A stretch of 64,000 nucleotides of DNA from Candidatus Omnitrophota bacterium (GCA_015233405.1 JADFXT010000006.1:67848-131847), one strand, 5' to 3'. Numbered from the stretch's first letter, positions 46,698-56,859 are shown. The notes: generated by a model not told the origin, from the letters alone. Made by a program: numbers and translations.

Positions 46698-48287
46698 TTA
46701 CGCTAATGGAGTACATTTAATTTTAATCATCCGACGAATATGATCTCTATAGCTGTCGGGATTTATATATTTCATGAATATTAAAGAAAAAGTCTCTCTT
46801 AAAGAAATCCTTTCCTCACCAAACTCAACAGTCATTAAATACTCCGGATCATGCCAAAGGTAATCGGACATATTATAATCAGGATATGGGCTTAGTTTCG
46901 CGTATTTCTGCTTTATCTCTTCGAACATGGCTCGATTACGCGCTTCATCTTTATCAACCGCGAATCTTTTTTCATCGCCGAAGGCGGCTTTCAACATGCC
47001 GGTAAATTCATAAAACCGCCACGGCTCATCAAGAACGTTAAGCCGTTTTGTTCGATCATCCACTAAAAAAGTCGTATGGTTCCGGACGACATCATCCCTT
47101 TTCATCGCCTCAATGAAAGAAACCTGCTTAAACCAAGCCCTCTGAAAGACTAAACAATTTTTGACATTACTTAAAAAGAATCCGGCAAGCAACAATGATA
47201 AAAGGATCTCTAAAATATTCCGTTTTAGTCTGAGCCTATTAAAAAGGACTTTTAACCCATACAGAATGATGAAAGCCGCTCCCAAAGGAACCAAAATCTG
47301 GTCTCTGGTCCTCCAGCCCCAACCATAATCCCAACCACCTCTTCCTACAGCGACATATGGCAATATCGCCAAATTATAAAAAACTATTCCTAAAACAACG
47401 AAATAAATATTTTTCCTGTCAAAAATTGTTATTTGGGATTTCATAATTCTATAGACAATAACCGCCAACAGTAATAAAACCAAAAAATAAATTTGGCCGT
47501 CTGTTTTCCCTAAGTTCATGACAAATGCATTCTTTATCGGTAAAAGAAGATTGTTTTCGGCAGAATATACGGAATACTTCGGGGTTCTTAAAATAGCTCT
47601 CAAATCCACGCTGTTATATCCAACAAATAGATCGACCGGAGGAAAAAAGAGGCGCCTTGCTTCCCAATAAATCAACGGAACAAGCGCAAAAAAGAAATAT
47701 TTTTTTAATTTTCCTAAAGATTTTCTTAAATCCATATCTAATTTTTCATGATACGCAATAAGCATAAAGACAGGGATGGAAAGAACTATCGTCGATTCAA
47801 GCTGAAAAGACAAAAAGAAACAGCAACAAGAAATCAGATAATAAATCCAACGTTTCTTAAAAACATACTGCAGTAACAAATATGTCGCCATAAAAAACAT
47901 AAAAACACAAAACATGTGCGGCGCCATCACCTGGCCGACTTTAGCAAAGTTAACGGGAAACAACCCAAAGATCAGAGCAAGCACCAATTTATCGGTTAAG
48001 ACAATTTCTTTTATAGTGGTCAAAATATAGAACAAAATCAAAGCCGCGCCCAGATGGCTTATCAAAATGGTCAGACGATACAACAAAGGAAAATCATTAA
48101 AGGTGACATGAATGAATGCTTTTAAAGGTAACCCTGCATTCTTATAAGTGGTCCATACCGCAGAATCCTTAACATGAAATGTCGTCCAGTCATCCCAATA
48201 AACGCCATCATTAAACAGCATCAACCCATGGCTTAAAAGGACTAAAAGGATAATTATTAAAATTTGTCGTCGGTATTCTTTTATCAT
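46698..48287 (-). CDS. polytopic membrane protein with C-terminal soluble domain, GT-C-like glycosyltransferase candidate
   Basis: 529 aa. The first loop after TM1 carries an acidic motif, FNDGVYWDDW. About 10 further hydrophobic segments are followed by a ~130-aa hydrophilic tail. Confidence 0.4.
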   Translation of the reverse strand: MIKEYRRQILIIILLVLLSHGLMLFNDGVYWDDWTTFHVKDSAVWTTYKNAGLPLKAFIHVTFNDFPLLYRLTILISHLGAALILFYILTTIKEIVLTDKLVLALIFGLFPVNFAKVGQVMAPHMFCVFMFFMATYLLLQYVFKKRWIYYLISCCCFFLSFQLESTIVLSIPVFMLIAYHEKLDMDLRKSLGKLKKYFFFALVPLIYWEARRLFFPPVDLFVGYNSVDLRAILRTPKYSVYSAENNLLLPIKNAFVMNLGKTDGQIYFLVLLLLAVIVYRIMKSQITIFDRKNIYFVVLGIVFYNLAILPYVAVGRGGWDYGWGWRTRDQILVPLGAAFIILYGLKVLFNRLRLKRNILEILLSLLLAGFFLSNVKNCLVFQRAWFKQVSFIEAMKRDDVVRNHTTFLVDDRTKRLNVLDEPWRFYEFTGMLKAAFGDEKRFAVDKDEARNRAMFEEIKQKYAKLSPYPDYNMSDYLWHDPEYLMTVEFGEERISLRETFSLIFMKYINPDSYRDHIRRMIKIKCTPLA

Positions 48288-50167
48288 AATTTTGAAGTAG
48301 ATTGGGCCGCTCTTAATTGTTGTCTTTGGGCAAATTCATTTAAGACATAACTATTCCATAAAAATAAACGGCAATCATCTTTTAACGCCTTGTGATTTGT
48401 GAATTTTTCCTGAATCAAATTTCGTGCGTTGTCATTCCAATAAGGCGCGGCTTTAAATTCCAAGCTATTATCCGAGAACCATCGGCTTAAAGGCGCGCTA
48501 AATCCGACTTTTTTGCGCCAGACAATATTTTTCGGCAAATAACGCTCTGCCATTTTCTTAAGGATATATTTGGAGTGCTCTCCCTTTAACTTAAACGTCG
48601 ACGGAATGGTGCGTACGCAGTCCACCAAATCGACATCCAAGAATGGCGCCCGGACTTCTAAGCTATGCATCATGCTTAAGCGATCCACTTTAACAAGGAT
48701 CTGGTCTTGCAAAAATAAATTTCCATAAAATTCCAGGGCTTTGTCGACCAGATTCTTTTGCGAGCTCTTGTCCCAGAACTCAATGGCTTCCGAATAGAGA
48801 TCCTCCAATTTGACCGGAGCATTGGTCAAAATTTCAATCTCCGACTTAGGGATTGGACCCAGCCACAACGGATTCCAAAGTGATGCCGGGCTTGCGTAAC
48901 CCTTAAGCAACCGTTCCAGGCGAAAACGAAATGTCATATACGAATGTGAGATCGGAAGCCGTGACAATACAGATAAAATCCCGTCGTGGCAAGGCTTCGG
49001 TAAAAGACGTTTGACCCATGATATAATTTTTAACGCGCGAAACGTATCATACCCCGCAAAAAGCTCATCTCCGGCATCCCCGCCTAACGCCACGGTAATT
49101 TTCTTTCTCGCATGGCGACAGAGAAGATAGTAGGACATCATCGAGCTGTCACTAAAAGGCTCATCCAATAATGAAAACATTTGTTCCTGCAGTAGCGGCA
49201 GCTTTTGAGGATCAAACGTTTCCGCAAAATGCTGCGTGCCCAATAAACCAGACACTAAAAGAGCGGATTTCGTTTCATCAAACGTCGGATCTAGAAAACC
49301 GATGGAGAACGAATGCAAATTCTTCCCTTTTAATTTTTCTCCGGCCAAAGCAGAAACGATGGACGAATCCAACCCTCCGCTTAAAAATACGCCTAAAGGC
49401 ACGTCGGAAACGAGCCTCCTATGAACGGCGCTGCGTAACAGATTGTCAACCCGCTCGACCCAATATTTTTCGTCTTTAGCATAATCCGGCTCTATCTTAT
49501 AAGACCAATAGCGGGTGATCTTACAATCATGATTCTTAATATCAAAAACAAGGTTATGCCCGCCGGGAAGCTTCTTCACTTCCTCATAAATGCTCCAATT
49601 CGCCGGGAAATATCCATGGGCATGATACTTTTGAACGCCTCTGACCGAAACATTTAGCGTCAGCGACCGATGCTTCTTTAAAGCCTTAAGCTCGGAAGCA
49701 AAAGCAAAAATCCCTCTTTGGATAGAATAATAGAGCGGTTTCTTCCCGAACCGGTCCCGGCTTAAAAAAATCTTGCCTTTTGTCCTGTCGAGAATCGCAA
49801 ACGCCCACATCCCGTTAAGGTGCTCGACAAGCTTTTCTCCCCAGGCTTTATACCCATGAATCAATATCTCCGTGTCAGAATGGCTCGACTGAAAAACATG
49901 GCCTAAAGACTCGAGCTCTTTACGCAATTCGCGCTCATTATAAATTTGGCCGTTATAAATCACGACAATGTCTTCTTCCCGGGATTTCATGGGTTGATGG
50001 CCGCCTTCTTTATCGCGGATCATCAAACGCGTATGCCCCAAGTAAACAGGACGTGACGGGTCCTGATAAAAATTCATTTCATCAGGCCCGCGAAGGCGGA
50101 GCGTCTTGGCCATCTCGACGATGTCTTGATATTCTCCACTGCCTAAAAATCCTACAATGCCACACAT
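48284..50167 (-). CDS. asnB: asparagine synthase (glutamine-hydrolysing)-family amidotransferase
   Basis: 627 aa. MCGIVGF (nucleophile Cys2) and the PP-loop FLSGGLDSS. Confidence 0.9.
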   Translation of the reverse strand: MCGIVGFLGSGEYQDIVEMAKTLRLRGPDEMNFYQDPSRPVYLGHTRLMIRDKEGGHQPMKSREEDIVVIYNGQIYNERELRKELESLGHVFQSSHSDTEILIHGYKAWGEKLVEHLNGMWAFAILDRTKGKIFLSRDRFGKKPLYYSIQRGIFAFASELKALKKHRSLTLNVSVRGVQKYHAHGYFPANWSIYEEVKKLPGGHNLVFDIKNHDCKITRYWSYKIEPDYAKDEKYWVERVDNLLRSAVHRRLVSDVPLGVFLSGGLDSSIVSALAGEKLKGKNLHSFSIGFLDPTFDETKSALLVSGLLGTQHFAETFDPQKLPLLQEQMFSLLDEPFSDSSMMSYYLLCRHARKKITVALGGDAGDELFAGYDTFRALKIISWVKRLLPKPCHDGILSVLSRLPISHSYMTFRFRLERLLKGYASPASLWNPLWLGPIPKSEIEILTNAPVKLEDLYSEAIEFWDKSSQKNLVDKALEFYGNLFLQDQILVKVDRLSMMHSLEVRAPFLDVDLVDCVRTIPSTFKLKGEHSKYILKKMAERYLPKNIVWRKKVGFSAPLSRWFSDNSLEFKAAPYWNDNARNLIQEKFTNHKALKDDCRLFLWNSYVLNEFAQRQQLRAAQSTSKL

Positions 50168-50201
50168 TTAAAGCATTCCTTTCCGGAATCTCTCTAAAAA
50201 A

Positions 50202-51230
50202 TTACGAACTTAAAGTGATAGCGTCATCCTTTTTATAATTCTTTTGTGCACGTTGGCCGATGACTTTGTCCCACAGCATCGGGCTTAATCCGACGGCGGG
50301 CCGCTTAGCCACGATATTATCTTCAGTAAATCTTTCTCCTTGAGCGATATCCTTCGCAGCATAAAGGCTTCGACGGACGATCAACAAATTCTTTGACTCA
50401 TTACGAGTTGGCTTCTTTTTCCCATCTCCAAGCGCCTGTTCAATATGGCGAATAGCCGAAATCATTTGCTTTAATTCCCCCGGCTCTAAAGATGCGCTTT
50501 GATCCGGGCCAGGAAGATTCCGATCTAACGTAAAATGCTTCTCAATCACCCGCGCCCCTAACACGACGGCGGCGATAGCAACTTCCGTGCCTAGCGTATG
50601 GTCCGAATACCCGACATTAACGCCGCATTCCTTTTGAATGGTCAACATCGCCCGTAAATTGACATCTTCAAACCGGGTCGGATAATCCGTGTGACAATGA
50701 AGGACAGTAATATCCTTCTTTAAGACGCCTTGCCCCATCAAAATTTTAATAGCAATCTTGATTTCTCGTAAATCCGCCATTCCCGTAGATAGAATTGTTT
50801 TCTTCTTAAGCCGCCCAATTTTTCTTAAATAAGGCAGATTGGTTATCTCTCCCGACGGGATCTTAAAGATCTTCATGCCTAGACTCTTTAAAAAGTCAAC
50901 ACTGGGAAGATCAAAAGGCGTTGACAAAAAAAGGATTCCCTTTGTACGGCAATAATCAGAAACTTCTCTAAAGGCTTCTTGCGTTAGCCGGAGTTTCTCC
51001 AGCATCGGATGCTGAAACTCGGCGGACGTATTTTTCGCCTGATACACCGCTGTTTTGGCATAAGGCGTCACGACAAAATCCGCGCTCTTAAATGTTTGGA
51101 ACTTAACGGCATCCGCTCCCGCAGCCTTGGCGGCATCCACTAATTTCTTAGCCAGATGGATATCGCCGTTATGATTGACTCCAGCCTCAGCAATAATAAA
51201 AACTTTATTCATTGCCCGAGAATTCATCAT
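50202..51230 (-). CDS. neuB: nonulosonic acid synthase, NeuB/LegI family (copy 2)
   Basis: 342 aa. Motifs: VFIIAEAGVNHNGD, ADAVKFQTF, GYSDHTLG, IEKHFTLDRNLPGPDQSAS. SAF domain present (RRSLYAAKDIAQGERFTEDNIVAKRPAVG). Confidence 0.9.
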   Translation of the reverse strand: MMNSRAMNKVFIIAEAGVNHNGDIHLAKKLVDAAKAAGADAVKFQTFKSADFVVTPYAKTAVYQAKNTSAEFQHPMLEKLRLTQEAFREVSDYCRTKGILFLSTPFDLPSVDFLKSLGMKIFKIPSGEITNLPYLRKIGRLKKKTILSTGMADLREIKIAIKILMGQGVLKKDITVLHCHTDYPTRFEDVNLRAMLTIQKECGVNVGYSDHTLGTEVAIAAVVLGARVIEKHFTLDRNLPGPDQSASLEPGELKQMISAIRHIEQALGDGKKKPTRNESKNLLIVRRSLYAAKDIAQGERFTEDNIVAKRPAVGLSPMLWDKVIGQRAQKNYKKDDAITLSS

Positions 51231-52093
51231 ACGTTAAGCCCTTTCGACGATAAATCTAAAGTGTCAGCCTCAAAAGCATAAGTTTCTTTTAATAAATTCG
51301 TGTCGATATATTGCTTAATCCGGCTACCTTGAGGAACTTTTATTATTTTTGTGTCCTTATTGCCATACTGACGCGCCAATTCTTTTGCAATGGCCAAGAT
51401 CGTCCAATGCTTTCGGCACCCGACATTAAAACTTCCTGGCTTCGGAGATACTGATATTTTCTCAAAAGCCCGGGCCACATCGCGAACATGGATAAAATTA
51501 ACGACCCGTTCTCCATTTCCAAAAACAGTAATGGTGTTTTTTTCCTTCAATTCCTTAAGCATCATTGGGATGATGCGGTCCTCTCTCATCAAAGGGCCAA
51601 TGACCTGGGCCACTCTTAAATGCACCACCTTCATCGTCGAAGATAAAAAGAAATTCAAAAGGACCTCTGCATTAAATTTTGCGAGCCCATACAATCCATC
51701 CCCGTTTCCAGACATATTCACAACGCTTTTCTCCGAATAGGTCCCATTTTGCTGCGGATACATAGCAATGCTTGAGGCATGAATAAATGCTTTTGGTTTT
51801 ACCATTTGCGCCAAGACAATCATATTCTTTGTCATCAGGAGATTCTCTTCTAACAAACTTATCTGCGTTCTATTTTGCGGCGTGCAAATCACCGATGCTA
51901 AATGAATAATGAAATCAATTTTCTTTGCCTTAAAGGTTTGTCCGATACGACGCACCTGCTGTTCTTGCCTTAAATCACAACAGTAATCCTGTTGTCTATC
52001 GCGGCCAAGAGTAAAAACCTTATGCCGCTTCCTAAGGCGCTCTGTGACTGCCTGCCCGATAAATCCATTGCTTCCTGTTATTAAAATCTTCAT
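51227..52093 (-). CDS. NAD-dependent epimerase/dehydratase-family SDR
   Basis: I set the start at ATG 52093 (MKILITGSNGFIGQ), an ATGA overlap with the upstream stop. YGLAKF (YxxxK). Confidence 0.8.
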   Translation of the reverse strand: MKILITGSNGFIGQAVTERLRKRHKVFTLGRDRQQDYCCDLRQEQQVRRIGQTFKAKKIDFIIHLASVICTPQNRTQISLLEENLLMTKNMIVLAQMVKPKAFIHASSIAMYPQQNGTYSEKSVVNMSGNGDGLYGLAKFNAEVLLNFFLSSTMKVVHLRVAQVIGPLMREDRIIPMMLKELKEKNTITVFGNGERVVNFIHVRDVARAFEKISVSPKPGSFNVGCRKHWTILAIAKELARQYGNKDTKIIKVPQGSRIKQYIDTNLLKETYAFEADTLDLSSKGLNV

Positions 52094-53082
52094 TTGCTCT
52101 CCCACTTCTGATAAACATCTCCCGGAACAAACTGTTCTTCAAAATATCTGAGAATAACGCCTTTTTTATAAGTGATCTCCAGCTGTTCTTTTCCCATCAG
52201 CGCCCGCAAAAAAATCTCTACTTCATTAACGCCGACCAAAGCCCGCATATAGGTCGTCCCGGAAAATCTTGGATTAATTTCAAAAATGACCGGGCCTCGC
52301 GCAGTGTCGCGGAATTGAAAATTCATTGGCCCATGCGCTTGTAATGCCCCGCTGACCTGTTTAATGAAATCATGAAAAGCAAAACACCGCTCATCCAAAA
52401 CAGCCCTAAACGTGTTACCATCTTTTAAAATGCGGCGTAAAACCACAACGCTTAAAATGTCCCCATTAAGAGAAAGGCTGCCACTCGTATATTCCTCGTC
52501 GGGCGTTCCTACCAGCTCTTGAATCACAGGCGTCGGGCAAACCTTTAAAGCGTTCTCCAATTCCAAACGGTCTTTAACCGTGTACAGATGCCAGGAGCGA
52601 AACCCAAATCTGGATTTAACGATAAACGGAAAACTGTGCTGCTTTAAGAATTCTTCCGCCTCCTCAGGCAATGCGGAATCCGGAAAAGGGAATCCTTTAC
52701 TCTTTAAAAATTGGGCCGTGGCATATTTATCTTTACAAATCGCGCACGCCTTAGGGTCTGAGACAACGATCTTGACCGGCGACTTCGATTCGAACTGTTC
52801 CTTTAATTGAGAAAAAATCTCGACTTCGAAATCCAATCCAACAAAGACGATGTCAATATGCTCATCTTTAATGATTTTACTGACGGCCTCGACCCATTGT
52901 TCTCTGGACACCTTTGGGCTCAAGACATCCGGCAGAATAAATCCCTTTTCAACCCAATAAAGCCCGACCGCATGAGGAAAATAATCCGTCCCCAAAATAT
53001 GACACGAAATTTCCGACGCCTTTAACGCCTTAATAATGCTTTGACCTAATAAAGACCCGACTCCGGTAACGAGAACATTCAT
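52090..53082 (-). CDS. ATP-grasp ligase (second, unrelated copy)
   Basis: I set the start at ATG 53082 (MNVLVTGVGS), a TGATG junction. Motifs: FPFIVKSRFGFRS, IQELVG, FQFR..GPVIFEINPRFSG. Confidence 0.7.
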   Translation of the reverse strand: MNVLVTGVGSLLGQSIIKALKASEISCHILGTDYFPHAVGLYWVEKGFILPDVLSPKVSREQWVEAVSKIIKDEHIDIVFVGLDFEVEIFSQLKEQFESKSPVKIVVSDPKACAICKDKYATAQFLKSKGFPFPDSALPEEAEEFLKQHSFPFIVKSRFGFRSWHLYTVKDRLELENALKVCPTPVIQELVGTPDEEYTSGSLSLNGDILSVVVLRRILKDGNTFRAVLDERCFAFHDFIKQVSGALQAHGPMNFQFRDTARGPVIFEINPRFSGTTYMRALVGVNEVEIFLRALMGKEQLEITYKKGVILRYFEEQFVPGDVYQKWESK

Positions 53083-53798
53083 CAAAACAGCTCCTGTAAT
53101 AAACGACACGCCCCGCCTAGATCTTTAATCTCATGCATATCCGACCCCAAAGAAACACAAGGATTATATTTATGGCAAAACATCCGTGCGGCTTTAAAAA
53201 AATCCTCATTCATATATCTCGCATTCCATTCAAATGCGATCTCGGTCTTCGCAATAGCTCGAATGATTTCTTCAAGATGCTGCATCGAGAAATTTTTATG
53301 GTGCTTTAAAGACATCCCAAACGGATGGGCCAAGACATGAATGCCTTTTGCTTTAATCATGGCCATGCTATAACGAAATTCTTCCTCGAGGCTCTTTTCT
53401 GGGCCCAATTTCAAAGGATCGACAAAATCTCCCTGATAAGGAATGCGATGGACGCTCCCTAAAACAATTTCAGCTAAAGATAAATCTTCCGGCGTAACAT
53501 CCAAAAGGCCGCTCTCATCCATCACTTTTGTCTCTATGCCAATCCACACGCGAAGATTTCTCTTCTGGCGTTTTTGGTCCGCCTCACGAAAAAAATCTTT
53601 AAAATAGGTGCTTTCTTTTCTGATATGTTCCGTTAAGGCAATCAACTCTAACTTTTGCTCCTCGGCTTTCTCAAAAATTTCCTCAATAGAATGTTTCCCA
53701 TCCGTCCAGGAAGTATGAATATGGCAATCCTGCCGGATATTCTCAAGGGTCAAATCATGAAAACGTAGAAATTTTAATCCCGCCATCTGGCTTTTCAT
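53082..53798 (-). CDS. PHP-domain phosphoesterase (histidinol-phosphatase family)
   Basis: 238 aa. Motifs: DCHIHTSWTDGKHS, ALTEHI, LAHP, GSDMH. Confidence 0.7.
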   Translation of the reverse strand: MKSQMAGLKFLRFHDLTLENIRQDCHIHTSWTDGKHSIEEIFEKAEEQKLELIALTEHIRKESTYFKDFFREADQKRQKRNLRVWIGIETKVMDESGLLDVTPEDLSLAEIVLGSVHRIPYQGDFVDPLKLGPEKSLEEEFRYSMAMIKAKGIHVLAHPFGMSLKHHKNFSMQHLEEIIRAIAKTEIAFEWNARYMNEDFFKAARMFCHKYNPCVSLGSDMHEIKDLGGACRLLQELF

Positions 53799-55000
53799 TT
53801 TTTATTCCCTAAGCTCTTAATACTTTCCACAACTCTTTTGATGTCCTCTGCCGCAAGATCCACGCTGCACGGCAAATTGAGTACGCGCTCAAAATATTTC
53901 TTGGCCTTTTGAATTTTATACGCCTGCTGCTTTTTATATGGCTTTTGCAAATGGTTCAAATACCAAATCGGCCGCGTCTGGATTTTTTCCTTGGAAAGAT
54001 CTTCCATCAACTCAAGATTGCTCAGACCGAAATCTTTCTTATCGACGACAAGCGAATAAAACCAATAATTGCTAAAGCCGTAAGCCGGCTCCTCGATAAA
54101 GGACAACCCTGGCACGCCGCTTAACAAGTTCTTATAAAGCTCAAAATTCGTTCTTTTCGTCGCTATAAAAGCTTCTAATTTCTCCATTTGAGCCAAGCCG
54201 ATGGCCGACGCAACATTGGTCAGGCGATAATTATAGCCAACTTCATGATGAATATACTGGACCTCATCGTCCTTGGCTTGCGTTGTTAAATATTTTGCTT
54301 TTTCCGCCCAGGTTTTATTATTCGTGACGATCATCCCACCGCCGCCGGCCGTAATGATTTTATTCCCGTTAAAAGATAAACAGCCTACATCTGCGATACT
54401 GCCGGTCATTTTTCCGCTATATTTTCCTTGCCGATAATAAGACCCCAACGATTCCGTCGCGTCTTCGATCACAAAAAGGTTATACTGTTTCGCTAAAATC
54501 ATTAAGGGTTCCATATCCACAGGATGCCCGAAAATATGAACAGGAATGATCGCTTTTATCTGCTTCTTGGTCTTTTTATTGATAAGCATCCCCTTACGGG
54601 ACAAACATTCTTCGGTAAAGAAATCTTTGAGCTTCTGAACATCCATGTTCAGATAATCATCACAATCCATAAAAACAGGCTGCGCACCGACATAGCGCAC
54701 CGCATTAACCGGCGCAATGAATGTCACCGTCGGAACAATAACTTCATCACCAGCACCAACGCCAGCTAACAACAAAGAAATATGAAGTGCGGAAGTTCCA
54801 TTGATACATGCAACCGCCTGTTTCGTGCCTACATAAGAACACATTGTTTCTTCAAATTTCTGCACATATTTTCCTGCCGAAGAAACCCAGCCAGTGTCCA
54901 GGCACTCTTTGACATACGTCCATTCATTGCCCTGAATCACAGGCACAGATAATGGGATAAAACTATTTACAGGATTAGCTGTTTTTATATTTGGCATCAT
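53795..55000 (-). CDS. DegT/DnrJ/EryC1/StrS-family sugar aminotransferase (LegC/PglE-like)
   Basis: 401 aa. Motifs: INGTSALH, GDEVIVPTVTF, IPVHIFGHP, IEDATESLGS, LSFNGNKIITAGGGGMIV. Confidence 0.85.
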   Translation of the reverse strand: MMPNIKTANPVNSFIPLSVPVIQGNEWTYVKECLDTGWVSSAGKYVQKFEETMCSYVGTKQAVACINGTSALHISLLLAGVGAGDEVIVPTVTFIAPVNAVRYVGAQPVFMDCDDYLNMDVQKLKDFFTEECLSRKGMLINKKTKKQIKAIIPVHIFGHPVDMEPLMILAKQYNLFVIEDATESLGSYYRQGKYSGKMTGSIADVGCLSFNGNKIITAGGGGMIVTNNKTWAEKAKYLTTQAKDDEVQYIHHEVGYNYRLTNVASAIGLAQMEKLEAFIATKRTNFELYKNLLSGVPGLSFIEEPAYGFSNYWFYSLVVDKKDFGLSNLELMEDLSKEKIQTRPIWYLNHLQKPYKKQQAYKIQKAKKYFERVLNLPCSVDLAAEDIKRVVESIKSLGNKK

Positions 55001-55961
55001 CTGGATTTAATAGGATCTTTTGGTCAATAAGATTTTTTACTTCCCTAATCCCGTCAGGCAATCTGCGGGAAATTTGAAAACCCAATTCTTTCTTTATTTT
55101 TTCAAACGAGACCCGATAATCCCGCGGGTCGTCATTACGAGAGACATAGTGCACTTGAAGGATAGGGATCAGCTTTTTAATTTCATCAACGATCATTTGC
55201 TTTTGATAATTCTCGGACGTATCGCCGACATTAAAAACATTATAAGCGACTTTCTTAGCATCAGCATTAAGAACGAGATCAATGGCCCGTCCAAAATCAT
55301 AAACATGGCAATACGGCCGCCAGAATTTCTCCCCGAAAACTTCCAACTTGCGACCCAAAGCAAATTCCTTCGTAAACTCATTAACCGTTAGGTCAAACCT
55401 CATGCGAGGCGAAAGGCCATAAACCGTTGCGAACCTCAAGGCCGTCGGAGAAAATTGCTCGTCTTTTTTAATTTCTTTTAAAAATACGCTCTCAAATTTA
55501 ACTTTCAATTCTGCATACAAAGAAACCGGCGCCAGAGGAGAATTCTCATCAACATATCCGTTAGGGTCCGCCATTTTTCCATAATTGCTGCAGGTCGAGG
55601 CAAAAATAAATCGCGGCGTTTTTCTTTTGATGGCTTCTTCCAATAAGTGCGTCGATGCTTCAAGATTGATTTTTCTAGCTAAATCCGGCTGCTTAGCGCA
55701 CGCCGGGTCACCGACGATAGCCGCCAAATGGACCACACCGTCAAATTGATTGTCGTTAAATAAAGAAGGGATTGTCGTCTTGTCCGTGAGATCTCCTTTG
55801 ACGAATTTAAAATTTGGATGATGCCAGACCCCTAAAAGCCCCTCGCCTCCAAAGCTTAAATTATCAACAACAACAATGTTATATCCACGGCTTAACAATG
55901 CTCCCGTAACCACGGACCCTACATAACCAGCCCCGCCAGTAATCAAAATATTACGCCCCAT
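54975..55961 (-). CDS. NAD-dependent nucleotide-sugar epimerase/dehydratase (extended SDR)
   Basis: 328 aa. Motifs: ILITGGAGYVGS and YAELK (YxxxK). Confidence 0.8.
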   Translation of the reverse strand: MGRNILITGGAGYVGSVVTGALLSRGYNIVVVDNLSFGGEGLLGVWHHPNFKFVKGDLTDKTTIPSLFNDNQFDGVVHLAAIVGDPACAKQPDLARKINLEASTHLLEEAIKRKTPRFIFASTCSNYGKMADPNGYVDENSPLAPVSLYAELKVKFESVFLKEIKKDEQFSPTALRFATVYGLSPRMRFDLTVNEFTKEFALGRKLEVFGEKFWRPYCHVYDFGRAIDLVLNADAKKVAYNVFNVGDTSENYQKQMIVDEIKKLIPILQVHYVSRNDDPRDYRVSFEKIKKELGFQISRRLPDGIREVKNLIDQKILLNPDDAKYKNS

Positions 55962-55972
55962 ACTACTCCTCT

Positions 55973-56857
55973 CTATTTTTGCGCCTCAATATACAAAGAA
56001 ATTTTAGGATATGTCTTATCAAAAAAATTAACATCTCGTAACACCGGCGAGAAACTTTGCCCATAAGAAGAAGCGTACACTTTATTAAAACCAGTCTTCT
56101 TCAACATTCTCTGCGCTTTCTCCAAATTCCACCAATTCATATGGTTCCCCGGATATTTTTTCTGAATATCGACGGGGCACAAAGATGTACAATAGTTCAA
56201 CACCTCTTCATATTTCATTTTTTGAAAAAGAGTTTTTAGCTCCTCCACTGTAATACGTTGCGTCGCGCCATCAGAATGTAAGGGAGAAACGCTCGCAGCA
56301 AAATCATAAAGAAAAATTTCCCCCAAAGGCGCCGTATCCATTGGCTTTGCGATCTTCTTTTTAGCCAGCCTAACTGGGTCTGTATAAGTATTAATCCAAA
56401 AGAAAAAATGTCTGTCATTTCTTTTGTACGCTTCGTAATACAGATCAATATTGGGACATGTCAATCGAAAAATTCCTCCGTCTTTCAAAATCCTAAAAGA
56501 TTCTTTAAACATATTTTCTGCCGCGGCATCCGTTATATGTTCAACGGTATGGCTCGAGTAAACCAAAGAAGCCGTCGATTCTTTGACGGGAAACGGCATT
56601 AAAGACATTAAATCAAAATTAATCCCTGTCTTGACTTTTTCCTCATGGCCCTTATACCATTCAGACTGCAAATCAATATTCGTCCATGCGGGATGATAAA
56701 AACCGCCGGCCCCTATATTATAAAATCGTCTCTTTTGGATACTTTCTTCACCGTAAAGGCTGCGATATAAATCCAAGCCATACTCTTCATTCTTTGTCTT
56801 GATTTTTGTTAAAGAAAAACCCAGCCGATTAACAATTTTATGAATAAGGCGCCGCAT
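55973..56857 (-). CDS. putative SAM-dependent methyltransferase (Methyltransf_11-like, degenerate motif I)
   Basis: 294 aa. Motifs: FYNIGAGGF, VYSSHTVEHI, LKDGGIFRL. Confidence 0.5.
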   Translation of the reverse strand: MRRLIHKIVNRLGFSLTKIKTKNEEYGLDLYRSLYGEESIQKRRFYNIGAGGFYHPAWTNIDLQSEWYKGHEEKVKTGINFDLMSLMPFPVKESTASLVYSSHTVEHITDAAAENMFKESFRILKDGGIFRLTCPNIDLYYEAYKRNDRHFFFWINTYTDPVRLAKKKIAKPMDTAPLGEIFLYDFAASVSPLHSDGATQRITVEELKTLFQKMKYEEVLNYCTSLCPVDIQKKYPGNHMNWWNLEKAQRMLKKTGFNKVYASSYGQSFSPVLRDVNFFDKTYPKISLYIEAQK

Positions 56858-56859
56858 AG

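Noticed and set aside
48284-50167. asnB as housekeeping asparagine synthetase.
   Set aside because: This cannot be excluded from sequence alone. However, the gene is translationally coupled (ATGA) to a GT-C-like membrane protein in the middle of the glycan operon, which favours a glycan-amidation role. I report it as a family-level call only.
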